Of a stretch of DNA of 64,000 bases, positions 38,778-47,083 are shown piece by piece. The number at the start of each line of letters is the position of its first letter. The stretch's first letter is position 1. The notes below the pieces were generated by a model, which worked only from the letters and a program-made list of their open reading frames with translations, was not told the origin of the DNA and did no database searches. Origin of the DNA: Nitrospirota bacterium (GTDB lineage Bacteria; Nitrospirota; UBA9217); assembly GCA_963751455.1 (NCBI GenBank), contig CAVVUN010000012.1, positions 32,001 through 96,000 on the forward strand. Direction: 5' to 3'. A program made the translations under genes and the position numbers.

Positions 38778-39063
38778 ATGAAGAACAGAGAGGAATATAT
38801 CGATAAGCTGGCAGCACAGCTCAAGGAGTGGTCCGCCAAGATCGATGAGGTTGAAATCAAGGCCCGTGCGGCCAAGGCCGACGCGAAAGTCGGGTATGAA
38901 AACCAAATCAGGCAGCTCAAGGATAAACGGGAGGCTGCGGCCCAAAAACTTCAGGAGCTTAAAAGTTCAAGCGCAGAAGCCTGGGGCACTCTGAAAGCGG
39001 GAGCGGAAGACTGCATGGGCAGACCTTAAGTCCGCCGTCACCGCGGCAAAAGAGAAGTTTTAA
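38778..39063 (+). CDS. Small coiled-coil protein with a +1 frameshift near 39008
   Basis: MKNREEYIDKLAAQLKEW..KID.. pattern; expected end ETAWADLKSAVTAAKEKF* lies in the shifted frame. Confidence 0.65.
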
Positions 39064-39188
39064 AAGCCGGACGAACGTCCAACTGACACAGAGACAGGGA
39101 ATTTTACTGCTGATATTCCGAAGAGCAGTGCAATGGCCCTGTAAAGATGTTGAAAATGTCACGCTGAGCATAACAAGGGGCTCAAATG

Positions 39189-39248
39189 ATGCAACCAGCG
39201 GGGAGAGGCCGGCGCGCTGAGATCATCCGGCTTACCCGCTCGTTTATC
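39189..39248 (+). other. Degenerate attC-like site
   Basis: ATGCAAC..GCGGG...CCCGC..GTTTATC architecture before the UPF0158 gene. Confidence 0.4.
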
Positions 39249-39262
39249 CAATGGGAAAAAAC

Positions 39263-39673
39263 ATGAAATACTCCGATATTGAAGATGCCTTCATGTTTGT
39301 AAGCATGTCTCCTCCTGACGAGAATTATGCCTATCTCAACAAAGAGACCGGGGAAGCATACTATGTTTCGTCGTTGGGCGACTCGGATGAATTGCCCGAC
39401 GATCTGGAAGAAAATGAGAAATATATAAGCATTCCGCACAAGAATGACTTAAATCTCGGCCGGAACCTGGTCTTTGATTTTATCTCCGCCAATCTCCCAA
39501 ATGAGTTTGAACGAGTCAGAGGAATTTTCAGCAGAAAAGGAGCTTATACTCGCTTCAAGGACTTGCTCGAATCAAAGGGGCAACTCGAGGCCTGGTATGA
39601 ATTTGAGCGAAAGGCTACCGAGGAGGCGCTTCGTGGCTGGTGCAAAGAAAACAACATCACTTTGGAGGGTTAA
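39263..39673 (+). CDS. UPF0158 family protein
   Basis: YLNKETG, YISIP, FSRKGAY.RFKDLL, W..FE......L..W. Confidence 0.8.
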   Translation: MKYSDIEDAFMFVSMSPPDENYAYLNKETGEAYYVSSLGDSDELPDDLEENEKYISIPHKNDLNLGRNLVFDFISANLPNEFERVRGIFSRKGAYTRFKDLLESKGQLEAWYEFERKATEEALRGWCKENNITLEG

Positions 39674-39888
39674 ATCCGTCAATGGAAGCAAGACCGAAGC
39701 CGCAAAGACCCTCGGCTTTGCCTATTCTACACTGTACGAGAAGATGAAGAAAGCACGCGATGTAGTAGAGAGTACTTTCTTAAGTATGCAGTAGCTGCAT
39801 TTATTAAATTTCATTATTACATGATATAATCTGTATGAAAGCGCTATAAAAGTGCAAACAAAAATCTGACGATAAGGGAGGAAAGACT

Positions 39889-40287
39889 ATGAAGAGAACG
39901 CTTCTCGCAGTGCTGGCAGTTTTCGTGACCTGGTCGGTTCTCGATTTCGTCATCCACGGATTGATCCTTGGCTCTATATACATGGCGACGCCCCATCTTT
40001 GGCGCCCCATGCACGAGATGAAGACAGGCCTCTTGTATTTCTCCACGCTCGTTGCGGCGGCTTCCTTCGTGTACATCTATGCGCGGTTCGTAACCGACAA
40101 GAACATCAAGTCAGCCTCGTTGTACGGCCTCGTCTTCGGGATTGGCGCGGGTGTCGCTATGGGCTACGGAAGCTATTCGGTCATGCCCATCCCCTATATC
40201 ATCGCCTTTGTGTGGTTCGCGGGCAGTGTTGTGGAGTACACATTAGGAGGTCTGGTGTCAGGACTGATTATTAAAAAGGAACTATAG
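39889..40287 (+). CDS. Four-TM membrane protein (DUF1761-like)
   Basis: Four hydrophobic helices; HGLILG..Y....LWRP. Confidence 0.6.
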   Translation: MKRTLLAVLAVFVTWSVLDFVIHGLILGSIYMATPHLWRPMHEMKTGLLYFSTLVAAASFVYIYARFVTDKNIKSASLYGLVFGIGAGVAMGYGSYSVMPIPYIIAFVWFAGSVVEYTLGGLVSGLIIKKEL

Positions 40288-40321
40288 CTATTTTGAACTA
40301 TTGACGATCAACAAACATACG

Positions 40322-40360
40322 AACGCTGCTGATTAACGATAATCAGCAGCGTTGTTTTTT
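40322..40360 (+). terminator. Intrinsic terminator
   Basis: 14-bp stem AACGCTGCTGATTA/TAATCAGCAGCGTT followed by a T tract. Confidence 0.8.
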
Positions 40361-40450
40361 CCTGTAACTTGCACATTGACCATCCATATCTTCATTCCAT
40401 ATTTCATTCGGCAATTATCAAGGGATACCCTAAAATACCTATCCAAACCG

Positions 40451-40479
40451 TTGACAACATCTTGCATAAAGCATATATT
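40451..40479 (+). promoter_or_regulatory. Sigma70-type promoter upstream of the cassette array
   Basis: TTGACA-17 bp-TATATT. Confidence 0.5.
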
Positions 40480-40498
40480 CGTGAAAATAATGAGCACC

Positions 40499-40514
40499 TG
40501 GCACGTACTTTGCT
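40499..40514 (+). promoter_or_regulatory. Sigma54 -24/-12 promoter, copy 1
   Basis: TGGCACGTACTTTGCT matches TGGCAC-N5-TTGCW. Confidence 0.7.
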
Positions 40515-40569
40515 AAACTAGACAACACCGTAAATTCGATGTTATCGAGTTAACTAGCCAATATCCCAT

Positions 40570-40585
40570 TGGCACTTATTTTGCT
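40570..40585 (+). promoter_or_regulatory. Sigma54 -24/-12 promoter, copy 2
   Basis: TGGCACTTATTTTGCT, 71 bp after copy 1 within a degenerate tandem duplication. Confidence 0.7.
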
Positions 40586-40742
40586 AAACTGGTAAACACC
40601 ATAAATCCGTTGTTTACTATCCCCCTCGTAAACAGGTGCTTTACTATGGGGGATAGTCAATTACTGGTTGAATTTTTCAACAACACACTCCAGACGGACA
40701 GGGTCATTGAGCATTTAAACGTCCAGAGCAAAGGGAGAGCAT

Positions 40743-41249
40743 GTGAAAGATACACTTCAAAAAAGTATAGATCGAGCAATCATTCTATTGAAAACTCCAA
40801 GGGAATATGGAAAATATATATCGCTCAAAATATCCCCGCCTTCCGGGTGTTGCTGTTCCCATTGCTGGCCAGAAACATGGAAAACAGTCAATCAAAAAAT
40901 AGCCCCATATGGTCCCGTTGGCCATGAAGGTGACGCGATAATCGTAACAAATGGAGATAGCTTTGTTCTCGAATCTCATGAAAGCGGTCCGGAAATTATT
41001 GCTTATCTCGCTCTGGCAACGGTGTCAGCAACCCTATTGAAATCGCTTATTGATCTTGTCACCACGATCATTAAGGGCTTATCAGGCGAGCATAAAAAAC
41101 AACCTCCTCGGATCAAAATTTCAAAAAGACAAATTGTCAAAGGAAAAATTGAGGAAGAACATTTAATTGAAATAGATGTTCCGATTTCAAAAGATGTAGA
41201 AAAAAAGCTAGAAGAAATAATAAGACGATCAATAAATAAAAACTCTTAA
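40743..41249 (+). CDS. Hypothetical cassette protein (GCCCSHCWP motif)
   Basis: Open ORF with GGGAG RBS; followed by attC. Confidence 0.6.
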   Translation: MKDTLQKSIDRAIILLKTPREYGKYISLKISPPSGCCCSHCWPETWKTVNQKIAPYGPVGHEGDAIIVTNGDSFVLESHESGPEIIAYLALATVSATLLKSLIDLVTTIIKGLSGEHKKQPPRIKISKRQIVKGKIEEEHLIEIDVPISKDVEKKLEEIIRRSINKNS

Positions 41250-41319
41250 CAGCAATTCAGATGCCCGCCCTATACACGCCTTTGGGACAGATAGAGCAGA
41301 GCAAAATTCGACGCGATGA

Positions 41320-41378
41320 TTCCAACATCGCCGTCGAGAGGGTCGCTGAAAAACACGCCCCTCACGGCGGCGTTGGAA
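41320..41378 (+). other. attC site (59 bp)
   Basis: TTCCAAC...GCCGTCGAG / CTCACGGC...GTTGGAA with an extrahelical base in L''. Confidence 0.85.
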
Positions 41379-41459
41379 ACGCTGCGCATCTCTCTTCCAA
41401 CCAGCAATTCTAGCGGACAAGGCCGCTCAATGTCCGAAAATCAATAAAAGGAGAAGCGT

Positions 41460-41930
41460 ATGATCGAGTCAATTCCGGTTGCACTAACAAGCCTCAAAGC
41501 GGCAACGGACATAATTTCATCCTTGCTTAAACTTCGTGAGTTCAACAACCATGCCGGAGAGATTGCACAACTCCTCAACCACATTATCCAAGCCAATACT
41601 ACAATTATCTCCGTACAGCAAGATCATTCTTCTTTGACGGCGAAAGTACAAGAACTTGAAAAGGAATGTGTGCGCCTCAAAGATTGGAGCGCAGAAAAAG
41701 ACCAATATGAACGAAGAAACATTGGCCCCGGTGTTTTTGCATACATACTGAAAGGCTACAAAGACGAGTTCGAGAAAGCGCATAAATTTTGCTGTAATTG
41801 CTTCGATAAAACTATCAAATCTACTCTTCAACAATCTGAAGATAATAAAGGTCGTGGACGCTTTAACATTCTTACTTGTCCTAACGGATGTCCTAAAATC
41901 GAATTTCATTACTACCTCGAAAATAAATGA
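41460..41930 (+). CDS. Hypothetical cassette protein, coiled coil plus Zn-ribbon-like C-terminus
   Basis: AGGAG RBS; FCCNCF...CPNGC. Confidence 0.65.
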   Translation: MIESIPVALTSLKAATDIISSLLKLREFNNHAGEIAQLLNHIIQANTTIISVQQDHSSLTAKVQELEKECVRLKDWSAEKDQYERRNIGPGVFAYILKGYKDEFEKAHKFCCNCFDKTIKSTLQQSEDNKGRGRFNILTCPNGCPKIEFHYYLENK

Positions 41931-42051
41931 TCTATAGCCAGCAGGCCTATAGCCCGACAAGCGGCTCAACGTTTCAAAGGAACCCAAAGTCTTTTCTTTA
42001 TCATGTACGTTTTCCCGCCATAGATGGCGATAATCTTACTACAGGAGGAAA

Positions 42052-42369
42052 GTGATGAAATTACCAGAAAAGCAATTGCGTTACATTGATCGACCTGAGA
42101 TTTACGAGACATATGCAGACTCCTTGGGTTTGTCAACATTCGATGGTCACAGTTTGAGAGTTGAATTGTGTGTTACTCGACTTGATCCGCCTTCGCCGCC
42201 GAAACAACCAACGGGAAGAAAATATCCTACATGCCGATTAGTTTTATCTCCCGAAGCTTCCGTAGAACTATTCAATCAATTACAGCAGATGATAGGCGTC
42301 ATGCAACAGCAAGGCTTGGTCGTAAAAAACGAACCGCCTAAAGGTGGAACTCCACCAGCAGTTCACTAA
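42052..42369 (+). CDS. Hypothetical cassette protein
   Basis: AGGAGG RBS; followed by attC. Confidence 0.6.
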   Translation: MMKLPEKQLRYIDRPEIYETYADSLGLSTFDGHSLRVELCVTRLDPPSPPKQPTGRKYPTCRLVLSPEASVELFNQLQQMIGVMQQQGLVVKNEPPKGGTPPAVH

Positions 42370-42384
42370 TACGATACAACTGCA

Positions 42385-42435
42385 TTCCAACCAGCGGCTC
42401 GACCCGACGAAGCGCGGGTCATCCGGGCGTTATAT
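42385..42435 (+). other. attC site
   Basis: TTCCAAC..CGGCTCGACCCG...CGGGTCATCCG..GTTATAT. Confidence 0.75.
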
Positions 42436-42514
42436 CGTAATCTCTTGGGAGGTACGCATGACCCCGCGCTAGAAAAAAACCCGTTACGAAGACACCGCAG
42501 AATACAAAAAAGAT

Positions 42515-42700
42515 GTGGTGCATGAAATCAGATTTATTAAGGGCGATAAAGACTTTGGATGGCTTCATCTTTGGGGCGATCCGAAAGAAAAGCCGGGCGT
42601 TATTCAGGATGCTATAAAAGAATTCGAGCATGCGCATGGAATATTTGACTGGCACGAAAAAGCCGACCGATATGAAACACGTAGTTATTGGTTTGGATAA
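42515..42700 (+). CDS. Small hypothetical protein (start uncertain)
   Basis: Short ORF inside a cassette; may have lost its original start. Confidence 0.35.
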   Translation: MVHEIRFIKGDKDFGWLHLWGDPKEKPGVIQDAIKEFEHAHGIFDWHEKADRYETRSYWFG

Positions 42701-42718
42701 ACACAAAAGGAGCCCAAA

Positions 42719-42958
42719 ATGCCTTTACCAAAAATGATGAGATCTTGTGATCTTTGCCATAGCCAATTTCAGTTTGGTCCGCACCGATATGACGGAAAGC
42801 ATATCTCACGTTATGATCTTACAGTTTGCCGCACTTGTTATGATGCAAATTGGGACGGTTGGGCACCTCATTATGAAAAAATAATTGAATCGCGTCTTGC
42901 CTCAAAGAATCTACCCAAACCGCCGAGAAATTCTAAAGGCTGGTATCCACGCGACTAA
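42719..42958 (+). CDS. Small Cys-rich (CxxC...CxxC) hypothetical protein
   Basis: AGGAG RBS; CDLC and CRTC; followed by attC. Confidence 0.6.
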   Translation: MPLPKMMRSCDLCHSQFQFGPHRYDGKHISRYDLTVCRTCYDANWDGWAPHYEKIIESRLASKNLPKPPRNSKGWYPRD

Positions 42959-42979
42959 AACCGCTGAACGTAAATAAAA

Positions 42980-43031
42980 TTATAACCTGAAGATCGAGCC
43001 CCACGTAACGTGGCTCATCATCGCGTTATAC
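42980..43031 (+). other. attC site
   Basis: TTATAAC..GATCGAGCC...GGCTCATC..GTTATAC. Confidence 0.75.
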
Positions 43032-43044
43032 TGAGATATCGCTT

Positions 43045-44043
43045 ATGCGATGCATATATTGTTTAGAGGACAAGAAGAAATCGGATTTTCAAAAAAGAGA
43101 ACATGTGATTCCGCAGTCTTTCGGATTGTTCTCCCCAGATAATCTTCTCCTATATGAGACCATTTGTGATGATTGCAATCAATATTTCGGTGACAAAATA
43201 GAGTTGTTTTTGGGACGAGATTCATTTGAGGGTGTGGAACGATTAAGACATGGTTTAAAGCCCAAAGCTCCGCTTGCTAGGCGAAGAAGAGTAAAAAGTA
43301 AAATAAAAGAGGGTGACTGGAAGGGGCTCGTTGTAGAAGAACGACTTTGTGGAGTTAATGAGTTAGGGGTAGAGAAATCCGTTCAAGTGGGATTCTATAA
43401 TGCCAATGAAGACGAGTATCATTATTTTACTCCTGATAATATTCCCTCAAAGGAAGAGCTTATCGAACGGGGCTATCTAAAGAAAGGAACCACGATCTGG
43501 CTTGTCGCGGAAGAAGGTCGAGAAATAGATGAATTAATAGCATTGCTTCGAGGAAAAGGCATCGAAATCGCTGACAAGGATTACTTAGAAAAGAAGCAAC
43601 TACCAGACGGAAGAATACCTATTGAAATGGAAGTAACGATTGATCGCGTGATAATGAGAGGCTTCTGCAAAATCGCCTTCAATTATCTCGCATACGTTGC
43701 TGGAAAACATTTCATGTTCTCTGAAAACTTCCACGGAATACGACGATTTATTAGATATGACCAAGGTGATTGCCGCCGATATTTAAATGTGAACCAGTCT
43801 CCCATACTCTATTATGACCAAACGATGAAAATTAAAACAACTAACGGACATCTGATCACCGTCGAATGGAATCACAGCAAACTTTTTAGTAAAGTTAGTT
43901 TATTTAACACTTATACTTATGGCGTGACTCTTTGCGATAATTTTAGCGGCATTTGGATACCTCTCAAATCAGGCCATCATTTTGATATTGAAACAAAACA
44001 AGTTGGTAAGCTCATGTCAGTAAACAAGAGACTTATTATCTAA
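43045..44043 (+). CDS. HNH endonuclease (HNH_5-like N-terminus) with uncharacterised C-terminal domain
   Basis: CIYC...EHVIPQSFG...ICDDCNQYFG. Confidence 0.8.
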   Translation: MRCIYCLEDKKKSDFQKREHVIPQSFGLFSPDNLLLYETICDDCNQYFGDKIELFLGRDSFEGVERLRHGLKPKAPLARRRRVKSKIKEGDWKGLVVEERLCGVNELGVEKSVQVGFYNANEDEYHYFTPDNIPSKEELIERGYLKKGTTIWLVAEEGREIDELIALLRGKGIEIADKDYLEKKQLPDGRIPIEMEVTIDRVIMRGFCKIAFNYLAYVAGKHFMFSENFHGIRRFIRYDQGDCRRYLNVNQSPILYYDQTMKIKTTNGHLITVEWNHSKLFSKVSLFNTYTYGVTLCDNFSGIWIPLKSGHHFDIETKQVGKLMSVNKRLII

Positions 44044-44062
44044 TTGGCTACGGTTGCCGAGT

Positions 44063-44119
44063 GCATAACTAGCGGGTCAACATCGACTCGCCTTGCGGCG
44101 AGTTAGCCGCGTGTTGGTA
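44063..44119 (+). other. attC site
   Basis: GCATAAC..GCGGGTCAAC...AGTTAGCCGC..GTTGGTA. Confidence 0.75.
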
Positions 44120-44184
44120 TTGGACAAATCAATCTAAGTAGTGTGTTTATCGTTCTGCTTATTTCACAGTTAAGAGTCAACGTT

Positions 44185-44661
44185 ATGGACATAACAACTA
44201 TCACTGATCAAATCAAGAGGGTCCCTATGTCTTCCTGGATATCTTTGTGTGCATTAGCTATTTCGGTTATTAGTCTCTACGTATCTCTTCGTAAACTTGA
44301 CCGCGAGCGGAAAATGGATTCTGCGAAGAAAAGGACTGAATTGATGAACAGGCTTTCAGATGCGAAGAGGAATCTAGAAACCTCCTTGAGTTATTGCAAA
44401 CTACCAAGACCTGTATCAAAAGAATGTAAAGATAGGTGGCAAGCACATCTTCCGGGAATAGAAAATATTATTAAGAAAATAAGTGAAACATACCAGAAGC
44501 TTGAGCAATATGGACATAATATAGACCCTCTGAAGCTTGAAGCCATGACGCCGGAAATATATGAAGTGCTGAAAGTTAGTGAAGATAGCAGGTCCGAACT
44601 TAAGGAACTTCTGGAGATGTGTCTTTCATGCCCTTCGAGTAAGGTGGAGCCACCGAAATGA
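44185..44661 (+). CDS. Single-TM coiled-coil hypothetical cassette protein
   Basis: N-terminal TM (ISLCALAISVISLYVS) followed by a helical region; followed by attC. Confidence 0.6.
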   Translation: MDITTITDQIKRVPMSSWISLCALAISVISLYVSLRKLDRERKMDSAKKRTELMNRLSDAKRNLETSLSYCKLPRPVSKECKDRWQAHLPGIENIIKKISETYQKLEQYGHNIDPLKLEAMTPEIYEVLKVSEDSRSELKELLEMCLSCPSSKVEPPK

Positions 44662-44663
44662 AG

Positions 44664-44720
44664 AACCAACAAGCCGGTCCACTGCGACGCGCCTTGCGGC
44701 GCGTGACCGGCGTGTTCTCC
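44664..44720 (+). other. attC site
   Basis: AACCAAC.AGCCGGTCCAC...GTGACCGGC..GTTCTCC. Confidence 0.8.
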
Positions 44721-44789
44721 CGGCGCTTCGCGCCGCGAGAATGCGGCGGTAACTCGCGGGACTGCCATCCCGGCGCAAACAAAGCGCCG

Positions 44790-44851
44790 GGAGAACCAGG
44801 CAGTCAAGATCGTCGCCCCTTACGGGGCCGCGACTTACCGCCGCATTAGTT
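44790..44851 (+). other. attC site of an ORF-less cassette (R' reads ATT instead of GTT)
   Basis: R'' GGAGAAC is exactly complementary to the preceding R' GTTCTCC; GGCAGTCAAG/CTTACCGCC arms. Confidence 0.65.
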
Positions 44852-44896
44852 TTGATTAGGCCAGTCAACTCCAGTTGTTTTCAGTCAGGACTTATT

Positions 44897-46255
44897 ATGA
44901 ATGAACCTAAAGTCAACCTGTTTTATAGCTACTCTCATAAGGATGAATCGCTAAGAGACGCGCTTGAAACGCATTTATCAATTCTTAAACGGCAGGGACT
45001 TCTTTCAGATTGGCATGACCGAAAGATTATTGCTGGAAAAGACTGGGAGAGAGAAATCGATGCCTATATGACTGCGGCTGATATCATTCTCCTTCTTGTC
45101 AGTCCTGATATGATTGCCTCAGATTATTGTTATGGGAAAGAGCTAAGTAAGGCGTTAGAACGCCACGAGTCAGGCCATACAATGGTCGTCCCAGTTATTG
45201 CAAGACCCGTCGATTGGGCTAGTATGCCATTTGCAAAATTTCAAGCACTTCCCCGGGATGGAAAACCTGTAACTTCATGGGGAAACATTGATGAAGCCTG
45301 GTTAGATGTAGAGATGGGATTAAGGCGGACAATTGAAAAGATTACCACTGAAAAAGCATCCTCTTCTTCTCATCAAGCTAAGCCTGAACGTCTTAAAGAT
45401 TTGATTATGCCCGAGTTTGTTCGAATTGAGAACGCCTATGAAGGAATGAAAAAATTTAGTGGCGCATCAACAGGATTCAACGATCTCGATAAAATAATAG
45501 ATGGCATTCACCCTGGTGATATTTTATTAGTTGCTAGTCGTCCCTCCATGGGGAAAACAGATTTTGCATTAAATGTTGCCCAGCAATTTGCCATTGGTTC
45601 GGGATCAACTGTAGTCTATTTTTCGCTTCGTAAAGCACAAGATCACGTTCTTAGACGGCTTCTGTCGTCTCAAGGCAAAGTCCAAAACTCAAAGCTTGTT
45701 CGCGGCTTTTTGAGAGAATCTGACTGGCCCAAGATATCCCTCGCTGCTGGAACGCTTGCAGAAGCACCGATCTTCATTGATGGAACTTCAAATTTAACTG
45801 ATACCGATTTAACTTCACGTATAGACGGTCTGAAGGATAACAAACTAGGCTTGATAATAATCGACGGCATTGAGCACATCTCATCTGAGAAGAATCATTC
45901 TACTCGAAACACTGAAGTAACATCAATTATTTCAGCTATTAAAAATCTCGCGAGGCAGCAGAAAATACCAATCATTATAACCGCGAACACGAGTCGTGAA
46001 AGTGACCTGCGTAGAGACAAACGGCCAATACTTCGCGATTTGGCGGAATGGGAAATGTTTGCCTCGGATATAGCTAATGTTGTCATTTTCCTCTATCGTG
46101 ATGAGATATACAACATTGACTCTCCGGACAAGGGAACTACCGAAATAATAGTAGCCAAAAATGATTATGGTCCGATAAATGTAGTTCGCGTTAAATATTA
46201 TTCAGAATATTGTTCTTTTGAAAACATTGAGGATACCAACAAGCGCGTCGAGTGA
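44897..46255 (+). CDS. TIR domain fused to a degenerate DnaB-like helicase C-terminal domain
   Basis: TIR: LFYSYSHKD, WHDRKI..G..W, LLLVSPD.IASDYC..KEL; DnaB: STGFNDLDKI.DG, SRPSMGKT, PIFID, DKRP, FLYRDEIYN, EIIVAKN..GP. Confidence 0.9.
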   Translation: MNEPKVNLFYSYSHKDESLRDALETHLSILKRQGLLSDWHDRKIIAGKDWEREIDAYMTAADIILLLVSPDMIASDYCYGKELSKALERHESGHTMVVPVIARPVDWASMPFAKFQALPRDGKPVTSWGNIDEAWLDVEMGLRRTIEKITTEKASSSSHQAKPERLKDLIMPEFVRIENAYEGMKKFSGASTGFNDLDKIIDGIHPGDILLVASRPSMGKTDFALNVAQQFAIGSGSTVVYFSLRKAQDHVLRRLLSSQGKVQNSKLVRGFLRESDWPKISLAAGTLAEAPIFIDGTSNLTDTDLTSRIDGLKDNKLGLIIIDGIEHISSEKNHSTRNTEVTSIISAIKNLARQQKIPIIITANTSRESDLRRDKRPILRDLAEWEMFASDIANVVIFLYRDEIYNIDSPDKGTTEIIVAKNDYGPINVVRVKYYSEYCSFENIEDTNKRVE

Positions 46256-46291
46256 GTCGCGAAAATCTCGCTCCTCACGCGCGCGTTGTAA
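46234..46291 (+). other. attC site overlapping the TIR-DnaB stop codon
   Basis: TACCAAC.AGCGCGTCGAG...CTCACGCGC..GTTGTAA. Confidence 0.8.
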
Positions 46292-46417
46292 GTAAGGATG
46301 AGATCGCAAAATGAAATTCATAGAACATCGCAGTCCGTTTCGACTCTTTATCCTGCATATGATGAGATCATTCTCAAGATTGTGTCTCAAACCAGTACCG
46401 CTTGACAGGAGGAAGGC

Positions 46418-47083
46418 ATGTTCGAGAATCTGAAGCATAAACTAAGGATGTTGGCGACTATACCGGCTCCCTTCGACCCTTCATGTTTCGGAGATCCCCT
46501 AGCATCGCAAACCGCCTGGACGCCGGCACGAGGGGGCGGATCGAGTTTTCGGACCCATAATCTCATAAAAGCGGGGACAAACAGAGTCGAGTTCCGGCCA
46601 TCGTTTGGGGCAGTTCTATTTTACCTTCTGTTCCTGGTTATCGGCCTGGCAATGGTTATTGGCGCCGCTGTCATCTTATTGTCGCCCGAGAAATTCGAAT
46701 GGCGTACAGTGGCACTTCTGTCGGCGGGTCTGCTCTTTGCCGGCCTCGGCGGTTATCTGTTCAACTCTAACACACAACCGCTTGTTTTCGAGAAAGCCCG
46801 GGGCGTATTCTGGAAAGGCAGGAAGGGCCCGGACGAAGTCATTGATAACAAGGTAGCCGGCCGGTTTGCCCGCCTGGATGATGTTCACGCTTTGCAATTG
46901 ATCGTGGAACACTGCAGTGGCGGCAAGAGTTCATTTTACAGTTACGAGTTGAATCTTGTTCTGAAAAATGGTGAGCGCATTAATGTAGTTGATCACGGAA
47001 ACAGAAATAAGCTCCGGGAAGATGCGGAGACAGTGGCAGCGTTTCTCGGGAAGCCGCTGTGGGATGCAACGACAAGAGTATAG
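46418..47083 (+). CDS. Two-TM membrane protein with PH-like C-terminal domain
   Basis: Paralog of 49465-50121 (FGDP.A.QT.WT, FWKGRK.PDEV, HALQLI, YELNLVLK, PLWDA). Confidence 0.7.
   Translation: MFENLKHKLRMLATIPAPFDPSCFGDPLASQTAWTPARGGGSSFRTHNLIKAGTNRVEFRPSFGAVLFYLLFLVIGLAMVIGAAVILLSPEKFEWRTVALLSAGLLFAGLGGYLFNSNTQPLVFEKARGVFWKGRKGPDEVIDNKVAGRFARLDDVHALQLIVEHCSGGKSSFYSYELNLVLKNGERINVVDHGNRNKLREDAETVAAFLGKPLWDATTRV

Larger units (their letters stand above)
40743..46291 (+). mobile_element. Integron gene-cassette array without integrase in the window (CALIN-like)
   Basis: Co-oriented AT-rich ORFs separated by attC sites at 41320, 42385, 42980, 44063, 44664, 44790 and 46234. Confidence 0.8.

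Noticed and set aside
40290-40740. Integron integrase or attI site
   Set aside because: No tyrosine recombinase ORF or remnant recognisable on either strand; attI cannot be identified by eye
44897-46255. Host replicative helicase dnaB
   Set aside because: Lacks the DnaB N-terminal domain, the catalytic Glu and the Arg finger, and sits in an attC-bounded cassette
41320-46291. CRISPR array or simple terminators
   Set aside because: Hairpins are not identical repeats, are separated by whole genes, lack T tracts and show attC box structure; no cas genes in the window
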